From: a candidate division FCPU426 bacterium
Lineage (GTDB): Bacteria; Oederibacteriota; Muellerivitia; Muellerivitales; Muellerivitaceae
Direction: 5' to 3'
NCBI GenBank assembly: GCA_963796105.1
Contig: CAWCKJ010000003.1
Span: 288,001 to 352,000 of the forward strand
DNA: 64,000 nucleotides
The notes below the pieces were generated by a model. That model had not been told where the DNA came from. It ran no database searches and saw nothing but the letters and a program-made list of their open reading frames with translations. Shown here piece after piece: positions 30,440 to 39,983 of this stretch (positions are counted from its first letter, which is position 1; every line of letters starts with the position of its first letter). A program made the position numbers and the translations under genes.

Positions 30440-30780
30440 GAATGGATATGGATGGAACGGAGGATTTAAGACCGAATCCTGGCCAGAATAAGAGATGGAT
30501 TTTGTGCTGTGCAGGAAAATGTATCGTGCTCGGCGAAATCATGGCACCTGCCAGATGGCTGACCCATAGTCAGCAAAGGCAATAAGAGCGCAATGCATCT
30601 TGAAAACAGCCCCGCGAAAGACCTTTCGATGGTTGTTGGGAGACTTTCCGCCTGGAAGCTTGCGGGAATATTTAAAAAGCGGTACAAGGGGATGATGGAA
30701 TACGCAGAAAGAAAAATCACTCAGTTAACCCTCGATGGTTGGAAAAAATTGTCGTGCTTAACAGAAAATTCCGGAAGATA
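30440..30780 (+). mobile_element. probable decayed, internally deleted ISL3-family relic
   Basis: fragments MDM, KRWIL and F.KRYKGMMEY..RKITQ..LDG resemble ISL3 transposase motifs; ends in CAGAAAATTCCGGAAGA, like ISL3 right ends. Confidence 0.4.
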
Positions 30781-30812
30781 TTTTGTAACAAACCGACCCC
30801 CTCCAGCACACG

Positions 30813-33800
30813 GTGAGCTACACCTACGACGTTCAGAACCACGTCTTGACGACAACCGACGCCAGGCACAACACCACCACCAACACCTACGATGCCAACG
30901 GCAACCTCCTGACCACCGCCAATCCAGACGGAGGCCAAACCCTGAACACCTATGACCCCACGAGCCACCTGCTTATATCCACCCAGGACGCCGAATTGAA
31001 CATGACGAATTACCTCTATGACGCCCAGGGAAATCTCATGACTGAAACCGACGGGGCCAACGGGAATAATCCCCAGGTGACCGATTACCAATACGATCCC
31101 AACGGCAACAGGAAAAAGGAAACCAAGCACAACAGTCCCAACCAGGTGACCCAATTCGCCTACGACAGCGAGAACCGGCTAGTGACGACCACCTACCCGG
31201 ACAACACCACGACCAGCACTATCTATGACGAATTAGGCAAGGCAGTGGGACAGGTGGACCAGAAAGGCCGCGACACAGGCACCTTGTACGACAACCTTGG
31301 AAGACCGGCCACCGTGACATACCCCGACCAGACCACCCAAATCACCCAGTACGATCAGGACGGCAGGCCCGTGACCGTGACTGACCGGGGAGGACGCAAC
31401 ACCGTCACAAACTACGACGAACTAGGCCGGGCCATCGGGGTGGTTTACCTGGGAGGGGGCGGGAGCACCTCCACGACTTATGATGACTTGGGAAGGGTGA
31501 TATCTACCACCGACGAGAACCTTCATACCACCAACTATACCTACGACGACGCCGGAAGAAGGACCCAGGTGACTGACGCCGAGTCAAAGACAACCCTATA
31601 CCAATACGACGAGAACGGGAACCAGCTCCAGGTTACGGACCCGGGCCTGAAATACGTGACGACCAATTACGACTCCATGAACCGCCCCACGACCGTTACT
31701 TATCCTGACACCTTCTGGACCGCCACTTCCTACGACCATTTGGGCCGCAAAACCAAAGACTTTGACCGCGACGGCCATGAGACGGACTACAAGTACGACG
31801 CCTTGGGAAGGCTTGTCGAGGTGGACCAAGTGGGAGATACTGGAATCCTCCCGACCTTATATGGTTATGACCAAGTCGGCAATGAGACCAGCCAGCAGGA
31901 CGCCAGGACAAATATTACCACTTACCAGTACGACGCCATGAACCGGAGGATCAAACGCAAACTTCCCGGAAACCAATACGAGACCTACGACTTTTACGAC
32001 AAAACCGGGAATCTGACCCAAAAGACTACTTTTGACCATAACACAATTACCTACGGTTACGATGGCCTAACTGATCGCTTGACGAGCGTTTCCAGCACGA
32101 ACCGCAACGAGGCTTACCAATACGACAACCTGGGAAGAAGAACTCAGATGAACGTTAATAACTTGTTAACCACCTTCACCTATGATAGGCGCGACCGTCT
32201 CTCCACCAAGACGGCCTATACTTCTTCTTCCTCGACCCTCTACGCCCTTTCATACGGCTACGACTCAGTGGGGAACGTGAACAGCATCCAGATGTCGAAC
32301 GATTCAAATGGACCATCTGTTACTTACGACTACGACAGGGCCAACAAGTTGATCCATGTGAACGATAATCATCTTGGCACAACAGCCTACAGCTACGACA
32401 ACTCCAACAACCTTCAAACCATGGGCTACACCAACGGGGTGACCCACACCTGGGGATATGACAACCGCAACCGCCTCACCAGCCTGACTGTGACGGGGCC
32501 AAACTCGCCTGTGACCATAAACTCATATGGATATACCCTGAACGGGGCTGGGGCCAGGATCAACGTGGTGGAAGCCACCAGTCGCAAGATCAACTGGACC
32601 TACGACAACCTCATGAGACTTACCGGTGAAAACATCACTTCCCTCAACATCCCCGACCCCACCGGACAGGTGAACTACGCCTACGACAATGTGGGGAACC
32701 GCTTGAACCTGAACGGGAGCTTCGCGGCGGCAACGACCGTCATATCCAGCCAAAACTTCAATGGGTCATATGACACCAATGATAGGCTGACGGCGGGGTA
32801 CACCTACTCCGACGGAGGGAACACGCTAACGGACCCGCAAGGAAACACCTACACCTACGACGCAGAAAACCACCTTATTTCCGTAACAGGTTCGAGCCTA
32901 AATGCGATCTACGAATATGATGGCGACGGGAACCGCACCGCCAAAACCCTGAACGGAGTGAGAACAAACTACGTCGTGGATACGGTCAACCCCACAGGTT
33001 ACAGCCAGGTTCTGGCGGAAATCCAAAACGGCCAAGTTGTGAAGAGGTACACCTATGGGCATATGCTCATATCGCTGGAACAACCAGTCAACAGCTCATG
33101 GACAGCCAGTTATTACTGTTTGGACGGCCAGAACAGCGTGAGGAACCTGACGGATGCCAACGGCAATGTGACTGATTCGTACCAGTTTGACGCCTTTGGT
33201 AACATGATCGCCCAGACTCACGCAGGAACACCCACTCCCAACAATATGCGCGCTTTCGGGGAATACCAGGACAGTGACACCAACCTGATCTACTTGAGGG
33301 CCAGGTGGACAAACCCCGTCCTTGGCCGTTTCCAGACGATGGATGTGGATGAAGGTGACCTATATGACCCGATCTCTCTCCACAAATATCAGGCATTTTC
33401 TAATAACCCAATAAATAATGTCGATCCAAGTGGGAATGATGATTATTCAATTGGGACCAGTTATTTTAGTAGTGGTTTTAGCATTTCGAATACCGTTGGT
33501 TCTGCGGAAAGTAATTTATTACAGGGTGTATTTTCTGTACAAGTTGAATTGTTAGATCCGCCTAATTTTATTGATTTAAGACAACTTGTTGGAGTGATAT
33601 TTGCAGAGTCTCAAACAAGCGGATTGGGAGGTGATAATTTAGACGAACAAGAAGCCATAGGTTTGACTTTTGAAAATCGCGTGTATTACCGTCGAATGTA
33701 TCCAAGATATAACGGGGCTTTTGGAAATGGCACAATGATAAGTGCTATAAGAACAGGTTCTAAGGCATATGATCAACCGCGATGGAATTTGATCATGGCT

Positions 33801-34067
33801 AATAATGACTTAAAATATATGTACGAAATAGATTCTCTTTTAAAAACGCCTGGCGACAGAATACATTTTAATGATGCAGTAAATACTTCTTTTAGGGTTA
33901 ATCAAGAAAGTGTTCCGGCGGTCCAAATGACATTGGACAGCCAAGTACCTCCTGTAGCATTTAATAAATCCCCGAGTCAAACACCACCGAGTACCAGAAT
34001 GAGATATTTAGGATACTTAGGGTGTCATAATTTCTACGGATTTAAAGATAAAAGGTGGGTTCAATGA
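30813..34067 (+). CDS. N-truncated Rhs/YD-repeat protein 1 with SleB/CwlJ-like cell wall hydrolase tip
   Basis: many YDxxGR repeats; YLRARW; NPINNVDPSG (33423-33434); tip LVGVIFAES...EQEAIG..FENRV; frame begins mid-repeat (TDPLQHTVSY) with no RBS. Confidence 0.88.
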   Translation: MSYTYDVQNHVLTTTDARHNTTTNTYDANGNLLTTANPDGGQTLNTYDPTSHLLISTQDAELNMTNYLYDAQGNLMTETDGANGNNPQVTDYQYDPNGNRKKETKHNSPNQVTQFAYDSENRLVTTTYPDNTTTSTIYDELGKAVGQVDQKGRDTGTLYDNLGRPATVTYPDQTTQITQYDQDGRPVTVTDRGGRNTVTNYDELGRAIGVVYLGGGGSTSTTYDDLGRVISTTDENLHTTNYTYDDAGRRTQVTDAESKTTLYQYDENGNQLQVTDPGLKYVTTNYDSMNRPTTVTYPDTFWTATSYDHLGRKTKDFDRDGHETDYKYDALGRLVEVDQVGDTGILPTLYGYDQVGNETSQQDARTNITTYQYDAMNRRIKRKLPGNQYETYDFYDKTGNLTQKTTFDHNTITYGYDGLTDRLTSVSSTNRNEAYQYDNLGRRTQMNVNNLLTTFTYDRRDRLSTKTAYTSSSSTLYALSYGYDSVGNVNSIQMSNDSNGPSVTYDYDRANKLIHVNDNHLGTTAYSYDNSNNLQTMGYTNGVTHTWGYDNRNRLTSLTVTGPNSPVTINSYGYTLNGAGARINVVEATSRKINWTYDNLMRLTGENITSLNIPDPTGQVNYAYDNVGNRLNLNGSFAAATTVISSQNFNGSYDTNDRLTAGYTYSDGGNTLTDPQGNTYTYDAENHLISVTGSSLNAIYEYDGDGNRTAKTLNGVRTNYVVDTVNPTGYSQVLAEIQNGQVVKRYTYGHMLISLEQPVNSSWTASYYCLDGQNSVRNLTDANGNVTDSYQFDAFGNMIAQTHAGTPTPNNMRAFGEYQDSDTNLIYLRARWTNPVLGRFQTMDVDEGDLYDPISLHKYQAFSNNPINNVDPSGNDDYSIGTSYFSSGFSISNTVGSAESNLLQGVFSVQVELLDPPNFIDLRQLVGVIFAESQTSGLGGDNLDEQEAIGLTFENRVYYRRMYPRYNGAFGNGTMISAIRTGSKAYDQPRWNLIMANNDLKYMYEIDSLLKTPGDRIHFNDAVNTSFRVNQESVPAVQMTLDSQVPPVAFNKSPSQTPPSTRMRYLGYLGCHNFYGFKDKRWVQ

Positions 34068-34906
34068 TAAAGAAATATTATTTTTTTATTCTACTTTTTG
34101 TTTTTGCCGCGCCCATGAAATGTCTTGCAGATAAACTTGATGGATTTCCTAATGAATCCGGAAGGGAAAAGGAACTCGCAACACTCGTTGGCGAGGCGTA
34201 CGTGTGGAATCATTATTGGTACAACGACTGGGGAAAAGATTTCGAAAAGGTTTTTAAAGTTGGCAGAAAAGAAAAAATTGGAGTTTGTTTGATCGATAAC
34301 AAGATGAAAGAGGAAAAAGGCTACGGCATTTTTTTTGATAAATTACCCGCCGAACTGTTTTTTTACAAACAGAATAACTCTTGGTACGCCCCGGATGTTA
34401 GTTGTGATTACATTGACGAGCGAACTTCGAAAAAACAAAATATAAAAGATTATATTGATTTTAAGGCCAAGCAATCAGCCCCGATCAAAGAATTCAGCGT
34501 TTTTTTCGACAAGGAAGTTTTGAATGTTCTGAATTTCGGCCCTTTCAATGGGGAAAAACGGAAGTTTGTGAAGGAAATATTTTTGGATAGGATTTTAAAA
34601 GGCAGCGACCTTGAATTTATCCAAAAGAACGAAGAAAACTCGAAGAAAGGCATCTTGATCAAGGTTGGAAATTTTAATTTCAATTACCCTATTTTTTATT
34701 ATTACGTCGAAGGTTTAAATGACGACGAAGGCATTCCCTATCTTGGTTTTGTCAATTTTGATACTGAAACCCGTAAAGTATTTCAGGACGATTTAATTAG
34801 CGGTGAAGTACAACCGATTAAAAGAAAATACAAAAACGCATTAAAACGCATTGACCAAACAGGACTGACACTCAGATATATGAATGGACGGTTCGAGGAT
34901 GATTAA
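34064..34906 (+). CDS. putative cognate immunity protein 1 (signal peptide)
   Basis: ATGA overlap with the Rhs stop; AT-rich; MIKKYYFFILLFVFAAPMKCLA leader. Confidence 0.7.
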   Translation: MIKKYYFFILLFVFAAPMKCLADKLDGFPNESGREKELATLVGEAYVWNHYWYNDWGKDFEKVFKVGRKEKIGVCLIDNKMKEEKGYGIFFDKLPAELFFYKQNNSWYAPDVSCDYIDERTSKKQNIKDYIDFKAKQSAPIKEFSVFFDKEVLNVLNFGPFNGEKRKFVKEIFLDRILKGSDLEFIQKNEENSKKGILIKVGNFNFNYPIFYYYVEGLNDDEGIPYLGFVNFDTETRKVFQDDLISGEVQPIKRKYKNALKRIDQTGLTLRYMNGRFEDD

Positions 34907-34918
34907 AAAATGGAAAAT

Positions 34919-35254
34919 ATGAAACGTTTAGTATTTGTTTTGATCCTGATGATGGCCCAAGGTGTGGTCTTTGGTGCAGCCCAGCCCAACCCCATCAACA
35001 CCCAGATCAAGCGAACACCCATGGACAGGGTTGTGATCCGTCTCCGTCAGCAGAATATCCAAATCCAGCGGGATTTACGAGCGGGGAAGCTGACCAAGGA
35101 CCAAGCTAAGACCCTGAAGGTTCAGGTAGAGACCATCCGCTAACAACAGATAACTTTTTTGAAGCAGAACGGCACCAAGACGCTGACTGATGCCCAGGTA
35201 GCGCAGTTGAACGGGCAGTTGAACGCCCTTTCGAAGTCGATTCCTATTAGGTAA
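34919..35254 (+). pseudogene. small secreted helical protein P1, copy a, with in-frame TAA at 35141-35143
   Basis: ETIR*QQITFLKQNGTK aligns to ETIRKQEITFLKQNGTK of 38066-38416. Confidence 0.85.
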
Positions 35255-35285
35255 CAATCAATTTATTTTAAAAAAGGAGGCAGTT

Positions 35286-35648
35286 ATGAAGCGTTTAATT
35301 TTGGTCGCTGTGGCGGCGATAATCACAATGGGGGTAAGCCTGGCCCAGGCGACAACGTCCGCGCCGACGCCGGGACCCAAGGCTGTTTCTGCTCCCAAAG
35401 CGGTCGTGACGCCTAACCCCGCTTTGAAGAACATAAATATAAAGATGATGGAGCAAATGCGGGATATCGCCAAGGCCCAGCACTCAGGGAAAATTACGAA
35501 AGACCAGGCCAAGGGCTTGCGGGACAAGGTGAAGTCCATCCGTAAGCAACAACTGGACTTCATGAAGGCCAACGGGAAGAAGGCCATGACTCCTGACCAG
35601 GAGAGCCAAATCAACCAGGCCCTCGACGAGAACGCTATGGCTCTGTAA
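35286..35648 (+). CDS. small secreted helical protein P2, copy a
   Basis: AAGGAGG RBS; signal peptide; SGKITKDQAK core; near-identical to 38460-38846. Confidence 0.88.
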   Translation: MKRLILVAVAAIITMGVSLAQATTSAPTPGPKAVSAPKAVVTPNPALKNINIKMMEQMRDIAKAQHSGKITKDQAKGLRDKVKSIRKQQLDFMKANGKKAMTPDQESQINQALDENAMAL

Positions 35649-35762
35649 AAACCCAATTTAGAAAATAGGCCAGATGAAGCAGTATTTAGGACGTACCTAT
35701 GATTACGACGCGGAAGCGGAAAAAGGCTAGTAAAGATCAGAATGACAATTTAGGGCCAACTG

Positions 35763-35808
35763 AACCCCGTAGAGGCGGCACAACGCTTTTACGGGGTTTT
35801 TCTTTTTC
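35763..35808 (+). terminator. intrinsic terminator closing Rhs cassette 1
   Basis: AACCCCGTAGAG...CTTTTACGGGGTT followed by TTTCTTTTT. Confidence 0.7.
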
Positions 35809-35823
35809 ATCTGATCAACTTGT

Positions 35824-37489
35824 CAGGGCCAACAAGTTGATCAGAACCAATGATAATCATCTTGGCACAACAGCCTACAGCTACGACAACTCCAACAACC
35901 TTCAAACCATGGGCTACACCAACGGGGTGACCCACACCTGGGGATATGACAACCGCAACCGCCTCACCAACCTGACGGTGACAGGTCCAAACTCGCCTGT
36001 GACCATAAACTCATATGGATATACCCTGAACGGGGCTGGGGCGAGGACCAACGTGGTGGAAGCCACCAGCCGCAAGATCAACTGGACCTACGACAACCTG
36101 ATGAGACTTACCGGTGAAAACATCACTTCCCTCAACATCCCTGACCCCACTGGTGGTGTCACTTATACCTACGACAGCGTGGGGAACCGATTGAACCTGA
36201 ATGGCAATCTTGCGGCGGCAACGACCGTCATATCCAGCCAAAACTTCAATGGAGCATATGACACCAATGATAGGCTGACGGCGGGGTACACCTACTCTGA
36301 TGGCGGAAACACACTGACCGATCAAAGTAACAACAGTTACACCTACGACGCCGAAAACCACCTTGTTTCTGTAGCAATTCCTAACTCCTCACTCTTACCT
36401 ACTAACTCGACTGTGTCGTACGAGTACGACGGAGATGGGAATCGCACTGCCAAGATTCTGAACGGCGTGAGGACAGATTACGTGGTAGATACAGTAAATC
36501 CAACCGGTTACAGCCAAGTCCTCGCTGAAATTCAGAACGGCCAAGTTGTGAAGAGGTTCACCTTCGGCCACATGCTGATATCGCAGGAAGCCTCGAATGG
36601 TTCTTCGTTTGTTGTCAGCTACTACTGTTTGGACGGCCAGAACAGCGTGAGGAACCTGACGGATGCCAACGGCAATGTGACAGATTCGTTCCAATTCGAT
36701 GCGTATGGAAATTTGCTCTACAGCAACGGAACAACCAACAACGATTATTTATATAACGGGGAAAGGATGGACCATGAGACTGGGAACTATTATCTGAGAG
36801 CAAGGTATATGAACCCGGCGATTGGGAGATTTACGGGGATGGATAGCTTTGAGGGTGACAGCCAGGACCCAATTAGCCTACATAAGTATGAATTTGTGGC
36901 CAACAATCCAGTAAATTTAACCGATCCGGATGGGCATGAATTTGATATTTGTAGTTTAGCAATGTCAGCAGCAATTGTCGGAATTTTGGCTACGTTTCCC
37001 AGTGTTTCTGAAGCTGGTACTGCCAAAGAAGCTAATATTATTGTGTTAATAACAGATTTTAATAATGCTTCAGTGGATACGGGAATTAATGTAAATGTTT
37101 TAGGCTCTTTGGGTTGGTCAGAAAGTGCAAATGGTGCGCTAGGTTATTGGGACAGAAATACGCACAACAGCCCGAACGCGCACGGAATAATGCAATTGTG
37201 GGGACCTGAAAATGAGGGGCTAAGTGATGCCGATAACATTGAAAAAGGTGCAAAAATCCTTAAGGAAAAAGTCAATGACGCGAAGAAAATTAAACACAAA
37301 CTATACGGACAAAGTCTAACTCCCGCCCAATTAGCAGATTCTTGGTTTATACCTATAGCGCTTTATAAAGCGAGCTTAAAAAACGCAAGTACATGGGAAA
37401 ACCAAATTTATTCTTCTTGGCCAAATGTAGAGGGTACTTTTAAAACTCCCACTTTATTAAGAACACTTTGGGCACAAAACGCAAAATAA
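35824..37489 (+). CDS. orphan Rhs core 2 with SLT/lysozyme-like tip
   Basis: DNA similarity to Rhs1 starts abruptly at 35824; YYLRARY; NPVNLTDPDG (36923-36934); tip WSES...AHGIMQL...DNIEKGAKIL...ALYK. Confidence 0.85.
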
Positions 37490-37514
37490 ATGAATGGGTA
37501 AAAGGAGAGATTTT

Positions 37515-38054
37515 ATGAACTGGTTAAAGAAATTGAGTTTAGTGATTATGATTTTCTTAACATCAGGAACATCTTTATTTGCCGTATCACAAGACAAAAT
37601 CAATGTTTTTCTTCAAGAGTTTATCGATGGTAAACCCACTGACGAATTTATTCATTTTTCATTAATTATTTATTCAATGTCTGAAAAAGAAAGCGGAAAG
37701 TGGTTGCTTACTGAAGAAACATTCTCAAATATAAAAGATCAAAAGTTTACAACTTTAAATTTAATTCAATCTCGTTCAAATGATGATTATGACACACCGC
37801 TACTTAGTGATGTCGTTTGGACCCCTGGCAAAGAATTGAAGTGCACTTATATGCCATTTAGAGGAATGGATATTAAGTTGAAAGCGGAAAAAAGGCGTAC
37901 CGGTAAATATGATTGGGATGTTTATTGTGTAGGTTCATACAAGTTGACAGCTAACGATAAAACCCATAAATGGGAATTTAAAAGCACACGAGAACAAACA
38001 CTCGAATTTAATAAGCTTCAATTTCAGAGTTTATATTACAGAAAAGATAAGTGA
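37515..38054 (+). CDS. putative cognate immunity protein 2 (signal peptide)
   Basis: AAGGAG RBS; MNWLKKLSLVIMIFLTSGTSLFA leader; AT-rich; no visible similarity to immunity 1. Confidence 0.7.
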   Translation: MNWLKKLSLVIMIFLTSGTSLFAVSQDKINVFLQEFIDGKPTDEFIHFSLIIYSMSEKESGKWLLTEETFSNIKDQKFTTLNLIQSRSNDDYDTPLLSDVVWTPGKELKCTYMPFRGMDIKLKAEKRRTGKYDWDVYCVGSYKLTANDKTHKWEFKSTREQTLEFNKLQFQSLYYRKDK

Positions 38055-38065
38055 TTGGTTTTAAA

Positions 38066-38416
38066 ATGAAAAAGCGTTTTATAAAATTCATCGTTTTCTT
38101 CTGTGCTTTATTCATGAACCAAAGCATGATCTTTGCCTTGCCCCAACCCACACCTGTCAACGTTCATATTCAACGTTCTCCAATGGAAAAAGTTGTCATC
38201 CGTTTACGCCAGCAGAACATCCAAATCCAACGGGATTTGAGGGCAGGCAAGCTGACCAAGGACCAGGCCAAGTCCCTCAAGGCCCAGGTGGAAACCATTC
38301 GAAAACAGGAAATCACCTTCCTAAAACAGAACGGCACCAAGACTTTGACCGATGCCCAGGTGGTGCAATTGAACGGGCAGTTGAATGCCCTTTCGAAGTC
38401 GATTCCTATTAGATGA
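38066..38416 (+). CDS. small secreted helical protein P1, copy b
   Basis: signal peptide; IRLRQQNIQIQRDLRAGKLTKDQAK core. Confidence 0.88.
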   Translation: MKKRFIKFIVFFCALFMNQSMIFALPQPTPVNVHIQRSPMEKVVIRLRQQNIQIQRDLRAGKLTKDQAKSLKAQVETIRKQEITFLKQNGTKTLTDAQVVQLNGQLNALSKSIPIR

Positions 38417-38459
38417 CTAATAGTTTATTTCGAAAATATTTTAAAAAAGGAGGCGGTTT

Positions 38460-38846
38460 ATGAAACGTTTTATTTTAGTTGCTGTGACGGCGATTATCAC
38501 GATGGGGGTAAGCCTGGCCCAGGCGGCAACGACCGCACCGACGCCTGGCACCAAGGCGGTGGCACCAATGCCGACTAGGGTTGCGTTACCCAAGGGGGTT
38601 GTGACGCCTAACCCCGCTTTGAAGAATATTAATATAAAGATGATGGAGCAAATGCGGGACATCGCCAAGGCCCAGCACTCAGGCAAAATCACGAAGGACC
38701 AGGCCAAGGTCTTGCGGGACAAGGTGAAATCCATTCGCAAGCAACAACTGGACTTCATGAAAGCCAATGGGAAGAAGGCCATGACTCCGGACCAGGAGAG
38801 CCAAATTAACCAGGCCCTCGACGCCAACGCCAAGACGCTCCAATAA
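38460..38846 (+). CDS. small secreted helical protein P2, copy b
   Basis: AAGGAGG RBS; signal peptide; near-identical to copy a. Confidence 0.88.
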   Translation: MKRFILVAVTAIITMGVSLAQAATTAPTPGTKAVAPMPTRVALPKGVVTPNPALKNINIKMMEQMRDIAKAQHSGKITKDQAKVLRDKVKSIRKQQLDFMKANGKKAMTPDQESQINQALDANAKTLQ

Positions 38847-38905
38847 ACAAGTAGGGAATTGCGTTTCATCCATGTGAAGGTGTCTAGATATGCCTAAACA
38901 CACTC

Positions 38906-38938
38906 AAGGCTGGGGTTTCTCCCAGCCCTTTTCTTTTC
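38906..38938 (+). terminator. intrinsic terminator closing Rhs cassette 2
   Basis: GGCTGGG-GTTTCT-CCCAGCC followed by CTTTTCTTTT. Confidence 0.65.
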
Positions 38939-39015
38939 TCGCCGATTCTTCAATTCCTAATTCAACATTCAAAATTCCTAATTCGGGCGGTATTCCCTTG
39001 GAATCCGCCCGTTGT

Positions 39016-39646
39016 GACCGTCTCTCCACCAAGACGGCCTATACTGCTTCCTCCTCGACCCTCTACGCCCTTTCATATGGCTACGACTCAGTGGGGAACG
39101 TGAACAGCATCCAGATGTCGAACGATTCAAATGGACCATCTGTTACTTACGACTACGACAGGGCCAACAAGTTGATCAGAACCAACGATAATCATCTTGG
39201 CACAACAGCCTACGGATACGACAACTCCAACAACCTTCAATCCATGGGCTACACCAACGGGGTGACCCACACCTGGGGATACGACAAACGCAACCGCCTC
39301 ACCAGCCTAACGGTGACGGGGCCAAACTCGCCTGTGACCATAAACTCATATGGATATACCCTGAACGGGGCTGGGGTGAGGACCAACGTGGTGGAAGCCA
39401 CCAGCCGCAAGATCAACTGGACCTACGACAACCTCATGAGACTTACCGGTGAAAACATCACTTCCCTCAACATCCCCGACCCGACAGGACAGGTGAACTA
39501 CGCCTATGACAGCGTGGGAAACCGCTTGAATCTGAACGGAAGCCTTGCGGCGGCCATGACCGTCATATCCAGCCAAAACTTCAATGGGGCATATGACGCC
39601 AACGACCGCTTGACGGTGGGGCACACCTACTCAGATGGAGGGAACA
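39016..39646 (+). pseudogene. Rhs core fragment 3, lacking both start and toxin tip
   Basis: near-identical to 32193-32823 of Rhs1; similarity ends after YSDGGN. Confidence 0.85.
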
Positions 39647-39746
39647 TTATTGGAAATACTATGGAAATTGAGTCCTTTAATAGTAATCTCACATGATGGT
39701 TGCGATGCCCCGCATGACCAGCTTGCTCCAGGTCTCCAAGTTTGAT

Positions 39747-39775
39747 ATAAGTATGGCAAGCAATGCCATACTTAT
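39747..39775. promoter_or_regulatory. operator palindrome of the vapBC promoter
   Basis: ATAAGTATGGCA-N5-TGCCATACTTAT overlapping TTGCTC-17bp-TATAAG. Confidence 0.7.
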
Positions 39776-39785
39776 GGAGGACGAA

Positions 39786-39983
39786 ATGAAAATCACAACC
39801 CATATCGACGAAGATCTTTTAAAACGGGCAAAACAAAAAACAGGAATTGTCTCTCAAAGGGAAGTCCTGGAAACTGGATTACGCAACTTATTGGCGGACA
39901 TTCAAAGAAAAAGTTTCGTGAAGGATTTCGATAAGTTTCGCCTCGATCTAACGATCAAGCAACTCAAAGAGTCCAGAAATTGA
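39786..39983 (+). CDS. vapB: VapB-type antitoxin (ribbon-helix-helix-like)
   Basis: MKITTHIDEDLLKRAK..TGI.SQREV...GL; GGAGG RBS; overlaps the PIN gene. Confidence 0.8.
   Translation: MKITTHIDEDLLKRAKQKTGIVSQREVLETGLRNLLADIQRKSFVKDFDKFRLDLTIKQLKESRN

Noticed and set aside
35141..35143. TAA stop-codon reassignment (in-frame TAA in P1a and IS3 OrfB)
   Set aside because: TAA terminates many conserved genes here at expected positions, and the two sites imply different amino acids (Lys, Tyr).
35699..35823. true N-terminus of Rhs2 (likewise 38890-39015 for Rhs3)
   Set aside because: These frames read through terminator hairpins or heptamer repeats and lack Rhs similarity; fortuitous extensions.
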